A stretch of 64,000 nt of DNA from an uncultured Nitrospiraceae bacterium (GTDB taxonomy: Bacteria > Nitrospirota > Nitrospiria > Nitrospirales > Nitrospiraceae): the NCBI GenBank assembly GCA_963730935.1, contig CAVSTP010000003.1:448001-512000 (forward strand), read 5' to 3'. Within the stretch, counting starts at the first letter, position 1. Every line of letters begins with the position of its first letter. Positions 18,343-29,873 of this stretch are shown here, in pieces. The notes beneath the pieces were generated by a model, which had not been told where the DNA came from, made no database searches, and saw only the letters and a program-made list of their open reading frames with translations. The translations under genes and the position numbers were made by a program.

Positions 18343-20502
18343 TCACCAGGTTGTGGGGACGTCAGTCATCGCGGGGCAGTACAACATCTCGACATAGTCC
18401 TTCACCATCCGCTTGGTGCAGAACCGGGGAGCGACGGTTCTGATGCTTTCCTTGACCATCTGGAGCCAGCCGCGCGGAATGCCGTCGAGATCGCGCTGGT
18501 AAAATAACGGCACCGCCTCCTGCTCCAACTGACGGTAAAGTTGTTCGGCATCGTGAGCGTCCTGTGCTGGCACATCGGAGTTGCCCTCTAAGGGCTGAAT
18601 GCCCCAGCCGTTTGCCCCGTTGTAGCCTTCCTGCCACCAGCCGTCGAGCGTGCTGAAATGAAGCACGCCATTTAGCGCTGCTTTCATCCCGCTGGTGCCG
18701 CTGGCCTCCATGGGAAACCGAGGGGTGTTCAGCCAGATGTCCACGCCTTGGACCAAGAATTTGGCCATGTGCATTTCGTAGTCTTCGAGGAAGGCCACGT
18801 GTCCGCCGAGCTTGTGATCGTTGCAAAAATTCATGACTTCGTGGATGAAAAAGCGGCCCGGTTCGTCGGCGGGGTGGGCTTTCCCGGCGAAGACAAGCTG
18901 GACCGGCCGCCACTTGTCCTGTAACAGTCGCTTCAATCGCTCGAGGTCATGGAAGAGCAGGGTGGCGCGTTTGTAGGTCGCAAAGCGTCTCGCGAATCCG
19001 ATCGTCAAGGCTTCCGGATCGAGCAGCGTGCCGCGGCTCAGTACCTGTGATGGCTGCAGATTCCCCTGCATCCATCCTGTGCGCGCACGTTCGCGGATGA
19101 ATCCCATCAACTTGCGTTTCATGGTTTGACGGACCGCCCACAATTCAGGGTCGGGAATGTCGAGTACGCGCTGCCACATTGCCGGGTCGTCGCAATGCTC
19201 AGACCAGGCGGGATGGAGCGATTTGCTGTAAAGGCGATGCAAATCCTGCGCAATCCATGTCGGGGCATGAATGCCGTTGGTGATATGCCGGATCGGCACC
19301 GTTTCGACCGGCAATCCTGGCCAAAAATGTTGCCACATCTCCCGACTGACGCGGCCGTGTTCACGGCTTACCCCGTTGACGTGCGCTGAAAGGCGCATCA
19401 CGAGGGCCGTCATGTTGAACCCATGCCCACGCGATTCCGGCGTCTCACCTAACCGCAGGAATTCGTCCCTTGAGAGATTGAGCTGGTCCCAATATCCGGA
19501 AAAATAACGATCTATCAGGTAATGCGGGAAGACGTCATGGCCAGCGGGGACCGGCGTATGGGTCGTGAAGACCGTGCTTTGGCGGACCGCGTCACAGGCC
19601 TCAGCATGGGAGCGGCCGCTTTGGACCATTTCGCGCACTCGCTCCAACGTCAGAAACGCAGAGTGACCTTCGTTCGCGTGCCAGACTGCCGGCGCAATGC
19701 CCAGCGCACGAAGCAGGCGCACACCGCCGATGCCCAAGAGAATTTCCTGACAGAGCCGCATCTCTTGGTCGCCACCGTACAATCGCGCCGACAACGCACG
19801 GTTCTCAGGGCTGTTCTCGGGCACATCGGTATCGATCAAATACAGCGGGATGCGGCCAACCAGCACCTTCCAGACCACGGCTGAAACATTGCGTCCGCCC
19901 ATGTCGACCGTGAACCGGCATTGTTCACCCGAGGGTGTGAGGGCCGGATGGATGGGGGAATCCTCCCGATTGAACGGGGCGTATGCGGCTTCCTGCCATC
20001 CTTCCTGGGTGATCCGCTGGCGAAAATAGCCCTGAGGATACATGAACCCAATGCCGACGAGAGGGACGCCCAAATCGCTTGCCTCCTTGCAATGATCGCC
20101 CGCAAGGATGCCGAGACCTCCGCTGTAAATGGGAATGGAGGTATGGAGGCCGAATTCGGCGGAAAAGTAGGCGATGATATTTTTGGTTTCCGCGGCGTGC
20201 TTCGTGCTGAACCAACTCCGTCCGTTGGCCTTGTACTCGTCGAACAGTTTGAGCACGGCGGAGTACTGTCTGAGATACGACGGGTCATCCGCGAGCTTGG
20301 CCAATCGCTTGGGGCTCACGTCGGCCAGCAGCTTGACCGGATTGTGGTGCGTGTAGAACCACAGTGTGGGGTCGATGGCCTCGAAGAGCTGGCGGGCCTC
20401 CACGGTCCAACTCCACCAAATATTCAGGGACAGTTCGGACAGCCGAGCGAGGCTGGCTGGAATATGTGTGTGCACAGAATCGATGGGCCTCGTCGTGTTC
20501 AC
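18343..20502 (-). CDS. glgP: Alpha-glucan (glycogen/starch) phosphorylase
   Basis: AYFSAEFG, YSGGLGILAGDH, NEGH, FARRFATYKRA and PLP site EASGTSGMKA. Confidence 0.96.
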   Translation of the reverse strand: MNTTRPIDSVHTHIPASLARLSELSLNIWWSWTVEARQLFEAIDPTLWFYTHHNPVKLLADVSPKRLAKLADDPSYLRQYSAVLKLFDEYKANGRSWFSTKHAAETKNIIAYFSAEFGLHTSIPIYSGGLGILAGDHCKEASDLGVPLVGIGFMYPQGYFRQRITQEGWQEAAYAPFNREDSPIHPALTPSGEQCRFTVDMGGRNVSAVVWKVLVGRIPLYLIDTDVPENSPENRALSARLYGGDQEMRLCQEILLGIGGVRLLRALGIAPAVWHANEGHSAFLTLERVREMVQSGRSHAEACDAVRQSTVFTTHTPVPAGHDVFPHYLIDRYFSGYWDQLNLSRDEFLRLGETPESRGHGFNMTALVMRLSAHVNGVSREHGRVSREMWQHFWPGLPVETVPIRHITNGIHAPTWIAQDLHRLYSKSLHPAWSEHCDDPAMWQRVLDIPDPELWAVRQTMKRKLMGFIRERARTGWMQGNLQPSQVLSRGTLLDPEALTIGFARRFATYKRATLLFHDLERLKRLLQDKWRPVQLVFAGKAHPADEPGRFFIHEVMNFCNDHKLGGHVAFLEDYEMHMAKFLVQGVDIWLNTPRFPMEASGTSGMKAALNGVLHFSTLDGWWQEGYNGANGWGIQPLEGNSDVPAQDAHDAEQLYRQLEQEAVPLFYQRDLDGIPRGWLQMVKESIRTVAPRFCTKRMVKDYVEMLYCPAMTDVPTTW

Positions 20503-20567
20503 TCAGTCTCCTTGTAAGGTGGACATGAAAGCGGCGAGAAGACGGTCGCGCGTGGCGCGTGGAACGT

Positions 20568-21410
20568 TCAGGCGTGACCTGCCTTGTGCCAAGAGTTCCA
20601 CTCATCGGAGAATGCCACGGCGGCATACCGTTCGCCAAGCACTTTCGCAACTCGATTCATCAGCTTGGTGAGCTGTTGAGTCTCCTCGGTGGTAAGGTCT
20701 TGACGAAAACGCGGGTGCAGTCCCCAGCGCGTTTCAATTTCGTCGCCGGAGACATCTGACATGACACTGATGAGTTTGATTTCGTTTCCTGTCTGCCCTC
20801 GTGGCGGCCCGCTTGCGACCGATTCGGTTTGGCCGGCAGATGGTGAAGCTGCGGGGCCGGCCTCCGGGGGCTGTTCGCCTTTGAGGATTGCTATGATAGC
20901 AGGAACCATCGCTGTCGCGCACAACGTGGCCGCAGAGGTGATTTGGGGATTGTCAGCGACGCCGAGAGCATCGGCCACGCGTCCGCCGAAGGCGTCGAAC
21001 ATGGCGTTCTGGGCCTTGCTCTCTTCCGTAATCGAGAATCGATAGCCCTCGTAGAGTTTTCGACTTTCCGCCACCACACCGCTGATGGTCATCATGATCT
21101 CGTTTTGATCGACCGACGAGAAGGCTGGCTCCAGCACCGCACGCAATCGAGTCGTCATGGCATCTTCCAGTCCATTCATGAAGTCCGGCTGATCTTTAAT
21201 GGGAATATGAAATGCCGACAGGCGGTCGGCTAGGTTGAACGTGATCTTGAGGAACTCGAGGTAGAGTTTCCACTCGTCCTGCCGTTTCAGCTTGAGCGCC
21301 TGTTCGGGGGCGTTCTTCTTCATGACGGTCACCGATTCTCCGGCGACGGCCAGCATCAGATCGGCGAGCAAGCGTTGCTGTTCACTATAGGAGATACTGG
21401 TTGTGGCCAT
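20568..21410 (-). CDS. Hypothetical protein
   Basis: 280-aa ORF with AGGAAG upstream, codirectional with glgP. Confidence 0.75.
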   Translation of the reverse strand: MATTSISYSEQQRLLADLMLAVAGESVTVMKKNAPEQALKLKRQDEWKLYLEFLKITFNLADRLSAFHIPIKDQPDFMNGLEDAMTTRLRAVLEPAFSSVDQNEIMMTISGVVAESRKLYEGYRFSITEESKAQNAMFDAFGGRVADALGVADNPQITSAATLCATAMVPAIIAILKGEQPPEAGPAASPSAGQTESVASGPPRGQTGNEIKLISVMSDVSGDEIETRWGLHPRFRQDLTTEETQQLTKLMNRVAKVLGERYAAVAFSDEWNSWHKAGHA

Positions 21411-21590
21411 GAGCGGAGTGCTTCCTCCCGTTTAGGTTGGGGTATTATAACCGAGTGGTCCTCTAGGCTCCAAGAGGGAGGCGGGTCGGCGACTCCTTGC
21501 ATGGTTTCGCGGGTTTTCTGCTGGCAAATCGCCGGCCAGTCGTCCACAATGCGCGAAATGAAATGAAGGAGTTGTGACCCGGCCTACCCG

Positions 21591-22421
21591 ATGGAAGCGC
21601 TACCGCTGCTGTTGTTGAAGACCGTCCTTCTGCGCCCTTACGTCTTTGCCTTTCTTGCCGCCTTTCTCTTCATCGGCCACGGGCTCCTCGGTTGGCGAAG
21701 GACAAGCGCCTTTCTGCTCGTCAGTTGGGTGACGGCGTTTCTCTGCGAATTCTCCTCGACACGCATCGGTGTGCCGTTTGGATTTTACTATTACAACGGC
21801 TCCACGGTGGGGGAGGAACTCTACATCGCAAACGTTCCCTTCATGGATTCTCTTTCATTCACGTTTCTGTTGTTTGCGAGTTATTGTCTGGCGCTGGTTT
21901 TTGTACTGCCCTCCCACCAGCTATTGGGCCCCTATCGGTTGCGCCTCCTGCTGGATCCGGCCATCAGAACCGCATGGCCGGCACTGGTGCTGACGGCCGC
22001 GTTTTTGACGTTCATCGATGTCATCATCGATCCCGTCGCGCTGCGGGGCGACCGCTGGTTTCTCGGCCTGATCTACGGATATCCGGACCCAGGGGTGTAT
22101 TTCGGGATTCCGCTCATGAACTTTGTGGGATGGGCCGTGGTGGGACTCATCGCCCTCTCGATCTACTTCGTCATCGACCGGCGGTTGCCGCCAGTGCATG
22201 CGGACGCCACGGTGACTAGGCACCTGCTCCTTGGCTGCGGCCTCTATTACGGTGTCCTCACTTTCAATCTCGTCATCACATTCTGGATTGGAGAACCCCT
22301 CCTCGGTCTGGTCGGCGTCATGATTTATCTCCCGGTGACCCTCTTGTTTGTGCTGCGCCTGCTCAACCGAGTTCCCGGAGCGGTAGTTGCTCGAACTTCT
22401 ACTGCACAACTCTCACATTAG
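21591..22421 (+). CDS. CruF/DUF422-family membrane protein (carotenoid hydratase-like)
   Basis: Multi-TM; E.....G.PFG.Y.Y, VP, D.IIDPVA, FGIPL.NF.GW motifs. Confidence 0.8.
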   Translation: MEALPLLLLKTVLLRPYVFAFLAAFLFIGHGLLGWRRTSAFLLVSWVTAFLCEFSSTRIGVPFGFYYYNGSTVGEELYIANVPFMDSLSFTFLLFASYCLALVFVLPSHQLLGPYRLRLLLDPAIRTAWPALVLTAAFLTFIDVIIDPVALRGDRWFLGLIYGYPDPGVYFGIPLMNFVGWAVVGLIALSIYFVIDRRLPPVHADATVTRHLLLGCGLYYGVLTFNLVITFWIGEPLLGLVGVMIYLPVTLLFVLRLLNRVPGAVVARTSTAQLSH

Positions 22422-22515
22422 AGAACTAGAGTACTCCATGTTACCGATGGGCAGCGCTCTGCGTTGAAACATTCACGTTGTAATGTTATACAGCGCAGTC
22501 ACGTTTCTTTCCTTC

Positions 22516-24540
22516 ATGAGTCGCGACATCACACCATACGTCTTAAAGCGCCCGCCGGAGGACTCCACTCCTCGGAAGCTCTCTATCGATTACGCTGCAG
22601 CATTGAACCCGCAGCAACTTGCGGCGGTGACGGCAGGCGACGGGCCTTCCTTGGTAATTGCCGGTGCTGGCAGCGGGAAAACGCGCACACTGGTGTATCG
22701 CGTGGCCTATCTGATTGATAGCGGTGTCGATGCCTCGAATATCCTCCTGCTGACCTTTACGCGCAAGTCGGCGCAAGAGATGCTGCAACGGGCTGGGGAA
22801 TTGATCGGTGTGCGCAGCGAACGCGTATGCGGCGGCACGTTTCACTCGGTTGCGAACATGCTGCTCCGGCGCTACGGCCGGGCGATTGGGTTGGAGCCGG
22901 GATTTACGATTTTGGATCGAGGCGATGCCGAAGACTTAATTGCCCTCGTCCGGTCGCAACTCGGACTCAACGAAAAAGACAAGCGATTTCCACGGAAGGG
23001 CACCATCGCGGAAATCTTCAGCAAGTCCGAGAATACGTTGCGGACATTGGACGACATCGTCATCGAGGAATTCAGTCATTTCGCCGATCATCTCGAGGCG
23101 CTTTCGCAACTTCAGACGGGCTATCGTGCTGCAAAGCGCCAGCGGCAGCTCGTGGACTACGATGACCTCCTTGTGTTGTTGCGCCAGCTTTTGGTGCAGG
23201 ATGCTCATGCCAGAGAGGCGATTTCGCGACTGTATCGTTACATTTTGGTCGACGAATATCAGGATACGAATCGATTACAGGCGGACGTGATCAGAAATTT
23301 GGCGGCCTCTCATCAGAACGTCATGGTCGTCGGCGACGACAGCCAGTCGATTTATGCCTTCCGGGGCGCGACGTTCAAGAATATCATGGAGTTCCCGACG
23401 CTATTCACGGGCGCCACGATCTATAAATTGGAGGAAAATTATCGAAGCACGCAGCCGATTTTGAACCTCGCCAACTGCATCATTGAAGAAGCGGCTGAGA
23501 AATATACCAAGCACCTGTTCACACGGAAGCTTGACGGACCCTTGCCGACGCTGGCTGAGGCGGCAGGAGAGAATGCCCAGTCGCGGTTCGTGGCCCAGAA
23601 AATTCTGGAATTGCGTGAAGAGGGCGTGCCATTGAGCGAGGTGGCGGTTTTGTTCCGTTCCAGTTTTCATTCGTTCGATCTGGAGATTGAGTTGTCCCGA
23701 TGCGGATTGCCCTTCGTCAAACGCGGCGGAGTGAAGTTCATTGAAACCGCCCATGTCAAGGATCTGCTGGCGCACCTTCGTGTCGTCGCCAATCCGCTCG
23801 ACGCTGTGAGCTGGCATCGGGTTCTAATGCTTGTCGAGGGGGTTGGCCCCAAGAAGGCCCAAGATCTGTTGACCACATTGGTGAAATCGGAGAGGCCCTA
23901 CGACGTGTTGCGGGCTGTAAGTGGGCGATCGACTCAGGGACTGAAGAACTTGGCGCATACGCTGGAAGGTCTCTCAGGTGCCGACGATCGCCGGACGGCA
24001 GAACAAGTCAATCACATTTATGAATATTACCTCCCGATCCTCAAGGAGCAATACGACGATTATCCCAAGCGGATTCGGGACCTCGATCACCTCCATACGA
24101 TTGCCGAGGGATATCCGGAAGTGGAGACCTTCCTTTCCGATCTGGCCCTCGAACCCCCGGACGGTAGTGCGGTAGACGTCGAAGCTCCGGATCGCGACGA
24201 TGAGCGGATGGTGTTATCGACTATTCATTCGGCCAAAGGGCTGGAATGGCAGTGTGTGTTCGTCATTTGGGTGGTCGACGGAAAATTTCCGTCGATCTAT
24301 TCGTTCGTCACCGATGAAGAACTTGAAGAAGAGCGGCGACTGTTCTATGTGGCAGTGACGCGCGCCAAGCGCCATCTCTTTTTAACATACCCCATTAACG
24401 TCTTCGATAAGAGCAGCGGTATGTTGTTGTCGAAGCCCACTCGATTCCTCGATCATATCTCTCCGGCGATGTTTGAGCAGCTGGCCTTGGTCGAAGAAGG
24501 TCAGGCCGACTGGGGCCACTATCGAGACAGCGATTATTGA
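22516..24540 (+). CDS. ATP-dependent DNA helicase, UvrD/Rep/PcrA family
   Basis: AGAGSGKT, LTFTRK, DEYQD, GDDSQSIYAFRG, NYRS, STIHSAKGLEW, EERRLFYVAVTRA. Confidence 0.95.
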   Translation: MSRDITPYVLKRPPEDSTPRKLSIDYAAALNPQQLAAVTAGDGPSLVIAGAGSGKTRTLVYRVAYLIDSGVDASNILLLTFTRKSAQEMLQRAGELIGVRSERVCGGTFHSVANMLLRRYGRAIGLEPGFTILDRGDAEDLIALVRSQLGLNEKDKRFPRKGTIAEIFSKSENTLRTLDDIVIEEFSHFADHLEALSQLQTGYRAAKRQRQLVDYDDLLVLLRQLLVQDAHAREAISRLYRYILVDEYQDTNRLQADVIRNLAASHQNVMVVGDDSQSIYAFRGATFKNIMEFPTLFTGATIYKLEENYRSTQPILNLANCIIEEAAEKYTKHLFTRKLDGPLPTLAEAAGENAQSRFVAQKILELREEGVPLSEVAVLFRSSFHSFDLEIELSRCGLPFVKRGGVKFIETAHVKDLLAHLRVVANPLDAVSWHRVLMLVEGVGPKKAQDLLTTLVKSERPYDVLRAVSGRSTQGLKNLAHTLEGLSGADDRRTAEQVNHIYEYYLPILKEQYDDYPKRIRDLDHLHTIAEGYPEVETFLSDLALEPPDGSAVDVEAPDRDDERMVLSTIHSAKGLEWQCVFVIWVVDGKFPSIYSFVTDEELEEERRLFYVAVTRAKRHLFLTYPINVFDKSSGMLLSKPTRFLDHISPAMFEQLALVEEGQADWGHYRDSDY

Positions 24541-24547
24541 GATCTCG

Positions 24548-25438
24548 ATGTATCCGATCGTGGGTTCCCTTGTAGCGCTTCTCGTCTGCCTGTCGACGCT
24601 TCCGGCCCTCGGGAGCGGGACAGCCTCGGATTCTCCGGGGCATATCTGGAAACAAATCACGGCTGAAGCCGAGAGTTTGGGGTTGCCCACCAAGTTTTTG
24701 CGAACGGTCCCTGCCGAGTTTGTCGGCTTTGAGTTTGACGATTTGCAGGCCTTTGCGGCCGAGTATCATCCGTCCGAGCATCGCATGGTGTTGAATCGAA
24801 CCCTCTCGTTCAACGTGGCGGGAGGAACGTTGCGTCCACTGGCTCGGCTGACGCATGCAGAATTGGAGACCCTGTACCACGAACTCTTCCATGCGTACAT
24901 GGACTATCTGTCGACCACGGAAGCGCAAGGACAGCCTGATCCCTTCTTAAGCTTTGCGCGGGAACAGCAGCAATGCCGGTACGGCGCCGTCTTCATCACC
25001 CCCGTGGTACAACGGAGAAAGGAAACGGAAGAGCGGTTTCTCAGCGAGCGTGAATCTTGGGAAGCGTTGAACGAAGGGTGGGCTGTCTTTGTCGGCTGGA
25101 CGGTCTGGAGCCAACTGGAAATGCGGCATGGCGGCGGCCAGTCCATCCACAAGCCCGGCAAACTGCGGGATGCATGGCTTCGCCGGCTCGAAGAGGCGGA
25201 TCGAGAGGGCAAGCTCCGCGGCTACTATGAGCCGGAGAACCCCGCTGAGCGAAGCGTCACCAGAAAACGGTTTTTAGGCTCAACTTCACGTCTTTCGAGT
25301 GAAGAAATTGGACGCTTGATGTCAGGGCCACTGGAGTTTCCCTCGGATCTCGTCAAGCAGGCCCTCAAGAGGCTAGCCGGGACCCAGGGAACCCTGCACC
25401 ACGCCAAAGCCTGCGATCAGATTCCTGGAAATAATTGA
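24548..25438 (+). CDS. Secreted hypothetical protein, putative zinc metallopeptidase fold
   Basis: Signal peptide; HELFH (HExxH) and downstream LNEGWA. Confidence 0.7.
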   Translation: MYPIVGSLVALLVCLSTLPALGSGTASDSPGHIWKQITAEAESLGLPTKFLRTVPAEFVGFEFDDLQAFAAEYHPSEHRMVLNRTLSFNVAGGTLRPLARLTHAELETLYHELFHAYMDYLSTTEAQGQPDPFLSFAREQQQCRYGAVFITPVVQRRKETEERFLSERESWEALNEGWAVFVGWTVWSQLEMRHGGGQSIHKPGKLRDAWLRRLEEADREGKLRGYYEPENPAERSVTRKRFLGSTSRLSSEEIGRLMSGPLEFPSDLVKQALKRLAGTQGTLHHAKACDQIPGNN

Positions 25439-25584
25439 ATAAGTTTGTCTTTTCTCACGTTTTTCTCGGAGAAGATTACCGAAAAGTGTAGCGAGTTTCC
25501 TGAACATGAGGGTGGGGCAGGAGCTTGCAGAGCATATTAATGCGAAATAATGGTCCGAAAAGTGCTCCGCTCCCCCAGGAGGTC

Positions 25585-25613
25585 TTGACTTCGCATCACT
25601 TCATCAATAGAAT
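25585..25613 (+). promoter_or_regulatory. Sigma-70 promoter of the tRNA-tuf operon
   Basis: TTGACT-17 bp-TAGAAT. Confidence 0.75.
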
Positions 25614-25776
25614 CAGCCGTTTCCTGAACAAGGCTGAGTCCGCTGCTCATCACTTCCATCCTTAATTTTAAGGAGGGAGGTGCTGTGCGTGGACTAGCCT
25701 GCTCTTCTTTTCCCATCTTTCTCGATGCGAAACGAGGGCCCCTTCGTAGCTGGAATTTTTTACGTTGAGAGATTTC

Positions 25777-25861
25777 GGGCAGGTACCCAAGTGGCCAAAG
25801 GGGGCAGACTGTAAATCTGTTGCCATCGGCTTCCAAGGTTCGAATCCTTGCCTGCCCACCA
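25777..25861 (+). tRNA. tRNA-Tyr(GTA)
   Basis: Cloverleaf with long variable arm, anticodon loop CTGTAAA, CCA end. Confidence 0.96.
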
Positions 25862-25952
25862 CAGCAGGCAATGCGGACGACAGTGGTGAGTGTCGAGCCC
25901 CGGTCATGACGGTTCTGTGGCTTCCACGCTCAACATCACGTTGGAGATCAAG

Positions 25953-26027
25953 GCGGGCGTAGCTCAGCGGTAGAGTCCCAGCCTTCCAAGCTGGCTGTCG
26001 TGGGTTCAACTCCCACCGCCCGCTCCA
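25953..26027 (+). tRNA. tRNA-Gly(TCC)
   Basis: GCGGGCG acceptor stem, anticodon loop CTTCCAA, CCA end. Confidence 0.96.
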
Positions 26028-26140
26028 AGTGGCTACGACCTCAACGTTGTTCGTGACGCAGTTGGAGACATGAGTTGACGATTGGATTGAGACCGACGAC
26101 CTACGGAACCTTTTCACGGATGACGCAAGACAATTACATG

Positions 26141-26216
26141 GCCCACGTAGCTCAGTTGGTAGAGCACGTCCTTGGTAAGGACGAGGTCACGCGTTCGATC
26201 CGCGTCGTGGGCTCCA
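26141..26216 (+). tRNA. tRNA-Thr(GGT)
   Basis: GCCCACG acceptor stem, anticodon loop TTGGTAA, CCA end. Confidence 0.96.
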
Positions 26217-26299
26217 TACCACATTGTGCCGCAGGCGTGCGCCTCGGAGTGAGCCTGCGCTCGCGGGAATCATATTCGTTTTAGCAAAGGAGCTGAGGC

Positions 26300-27505
<1,206 letters not shown>

Positions 27506-27535
27506 TCCGGCTAGCGAAGGGGACAGGAGCAAGAG

Positions 27536-27685
27536 ATGCGAGAAATCATCGACCTGGCCTGTACGGCCTGCAAGCAGCGTAACTATTCGACAATGAAAAA
27601 TAAGAAAAACGATCCGGATCGGTTGGAACGAAACAAGTTTTGCAAGTTCTGCCGGAAGCACACGCCTCACAAGGAAGTGAAGTAA
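27536..27685 (+). CDS. rpmG: 50S ribosomal protein L33 (Cys-containing)
   Basis: Manual translation [49 protein letters not shown]. Confidence 0.96.
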   Translation: MREIIDLACTACKQRNYSTMKNKKNDPDRLERNKFCKFCRKHTPHKEVK

Positions 27686-27716
27686 GGGTTCTGGGGAACT
27701 CAGAATCGCGATGTAG

Positions 27717-27791
27717 AGGGGCATGGTGTTAATGGCAGCACATCGGTCTCCAAAACCGAGAGTCTGGGTTCAAATCCTAGTGCCCCTGCCA
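27717..27791 (+). tRNA. tRNA-Trp(CCA)
   Basis: AGGGGCA acceptor stem, loop CTCCAAA, CCA end; canonical position before secE. Confidence 0.95.
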
Positions 27792-27953
27792 AACAGAGCT
27801 TGCTCGACCCGGAGGGCTACTGGATTGAGCCCGACGGGATAAGCACCTTATGTGGGTTCTGTTTCCGTCTGAAGCTTGCTCGTGCCGGCTGCCATTGGAT
27901 GGTTCTTGGCAGACTGATAAAGGTTTGGCTTAGTTCAGAGGGAGTTGTCGTCA

Positions 27954-28148
27954 ATGATTACGAGGATGATCGAAAACATCAAAGAGTTTCTCGGCGATGT
28001 ACGCAATGAGCTTAAGAAGGTCTCGTTTCCAACGAAGGCGGAGACCATCGGATCTACAACGGTTGTGATCGTGTTCTGCGTGCTCATGTCGATCTATCTT
28101 TCAGTCATCGATTCGTTCTTATCTTGGCTGGTGGGGAAAATCATATGA
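27954..28148 (+). CDS. secE: Preprotein translocase subunit SecE
   Basis: ELKKVSFPTK.ET followed by a single TM helix. Confidence 0.93.
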   Translation: MITRMIENIKEFLGDVRNELKKVSFPTKAETIGSTTVVIVFCVLMSIYLSVIDSFLSWLVGKII

Positions 28149-28720
28149 GTGAGAGTCTATCAACCAAGGAACCGAAGACGGGCACGGGAAAAAACTGGTA
28201 CGTCATCCATACCTATGCCGGCTTCGAGGGACGCGTGAAAACCAGTTTGCTCGAACGGGCCAATCAGATGGCCCTCACGGAGAAGATGGGGCAGGTTCTG
28301 GTTCCAACGGAGGACGTCATCGAAATCAAGGACGGCAAACGGCGGACCTCACGGCGGAAATTTTTCCCCGGCTATGTCCTCGTCGAGTTGGAAACACCCG
28401 TGACCGATGAAACGCTTCAAATGATCAAGGAAACCCCCAAGGTCACCGGGTTTGTCGGGGGCGGGGCACAGCCGACTCCGTTAACGAATGAAGAAGTCGC
28501 TGAATTGTTGAAACAAGTCGATGCGGGCAGCGCGGGGCCCCGTGAGCAGGTCAAATTCATTAAAACCGACAATGTCCGCATCGTCGACGGACCATTCCTG
28601 GGCTTCAACGGCGTCGTCGATGAAGTCGATCAGGACCATAACCGCCTGAAGGTCATGGTCAGCATCTTCGGACGTTCAACGCCCGTCGAACTCGGATTCC
28701 TGCAGGTAGAACGCATATAG
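28145..28720 (+). CDS. nusG: Transcription termination/antitermination factor NusG
   Basis: WYVIHTYAGFE, FFPGYVLV, KOW motif GPF.GF.G.V. Confidence 0.97.
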   Translation: MSESLSTKEPKTGTGKNWYVIHTYAGFEGRVKTSLLERANQMALTEKMGQVLVPTEDVIEIKDGKRRTSRRKFFPGYVLVELETPVTDETLQMIKETPKVTGFVGGGAQPTPLTNEEVAELLKQVDAGSAGPREQVKFIKTDNVRIVDGPFLGFNGVVDEVDQDHNRLKVMVSIFGRSTPVELGFLQVERI

Positions 28721-28731
28721 AGGAGTAGCGC

Positions 28732-29157
28732 ATGGCGAAGGAAGTCTCGGCTCAGATCAAGTTACAGATTCCGGCAGGAAAGGCGAACCCGGCTCCTCCG
28801 GTCGGCCCTTCCTTGGGTCAGCACGGCGTGAACATCATGGAATTTTGCAAGCAGTTCAACGCCAAGACCCAAAAGGAAGGGGACAGCATCATCCCGGTCA
28901 TCATCACCGTCTATAAAGACCGGTCGTTCACCTTCATCATGAAAACGCCACCGGCCTCCGATCTGCTCAAGAAAGCGGCCGGTATCATCAAGGGATCCGG
29001 CGTGCCACAGAAGGACAAGGTCGGAAAGATCACGCGCAAGCAGTTGACGGAAATTGCACAAAAGAAGATGGCCGATTTGAACGCCGCCGATCTCGAGGGC
29101 GCCGTCAAGATCATCGAAGGGACCGCCCGCAGCATGGGAGTCGTGGTTCAGGGGTAA
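28732..29157 (+). CDS. rplK: 50S ribosomal protein L11
   Basis: [25 protein letters not shown]. Confidence 0.98.
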   Translation: MAKEVSAQIKLQIPAGKANPAPPVGPSLGQHGVNIMEFCKQFNAKTQKEGDSIIPVIITVYKDRSFTFIMKTPPASDLLKKAAGIIKGSGVPQKDKVGKITRKQLTEIAQKKMADLNAADLEGAVKIIEGTARSMGVVVQG

Positions 29158-29180
29158 CGACAACGCAAGGAGTATTTGTA

Positions 29181-29873
29181 ATGGGCAAGAAAATGAAGGC
29201 CGCGCTGACGAAGATGGAACCGCGTCCGTACGCGCTCCGAGATGCCGTCGCGCTGGTCAAAACTTCAGCATACGCGAAATTCGATGAGTCCGTCGATCTG
29301 GCGATCCGACTGGGTGTGGATCCAAAGCGTTCGGATCAAATGGTGCGCGGGACGACGTCTCTTCCTCATGGCACCGGCAAGAAGGTACGGGTGATCGTCT
29401 TCGCGAAGGGGGAAAAGGAACAGGAAGCGCGCCAGGCCGGAGCGGATTTCGTCGGCGCCGATGATCTCATGGAGAAGATCAAGGGCGGCTGGATGGATTT
29501 CGATTATGCGATCGCTACGCCGGATTTGATGGCCTCGGTCGGCAAGCTCGGCAAGCAATTGGGTCCTCGCGGTCTCATGCCGAATCCGAAAACCGGGACT
29601 GTGACCTTTGAGGTCGGCAAAGCCGTCGCCGAGATCCGAAAAGGCCGGGTCGAGTACAAGGTGGAAAAGGCCGGCATTGTGCAAGTGCCGGTCGGCAAGG
29701 TGTCGTTCCAGCCGGATCAACTCTACGACAACGCGTCTGCGGTCTTAGAGGCTGTGGTGAAGGCCAAGCCCGCCTCGTGCAAGGGGCGTTATCTCAAGAG
29801 CGTCACCATTTCCAGCACGATGGGGCCAGGAGTGAAATTGGACGCGGTGGCCCTGGCGAAGCAGTGGAGCTAG
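29181..29873 (+). CDS. rplA: 50S ribosomal protein L1
   Basis: KFDESVD...[26 protein letters not shown]. Confidence 0.98.
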   Translation: MGKKMKAALTKMEPRPYALRDAVALVKTSAYAKFDESVDLAIRLGVDPKRSDQMVRGTTSLPHGTGKKVRVIVFAKGEKEQEARQAGADFVGADDLMEKIKGGWMDFDYAIATPDLMASVGKLGKQLGPRGLMPNPKTGTVTFEVGKAVAEIRKGRVEYKVEKAGIVQVPVGKVSFQPDQLYDNASAVLEAVVKAKPASCKGRYLKSVTISSTMGPGVKLDAVALAKQWS

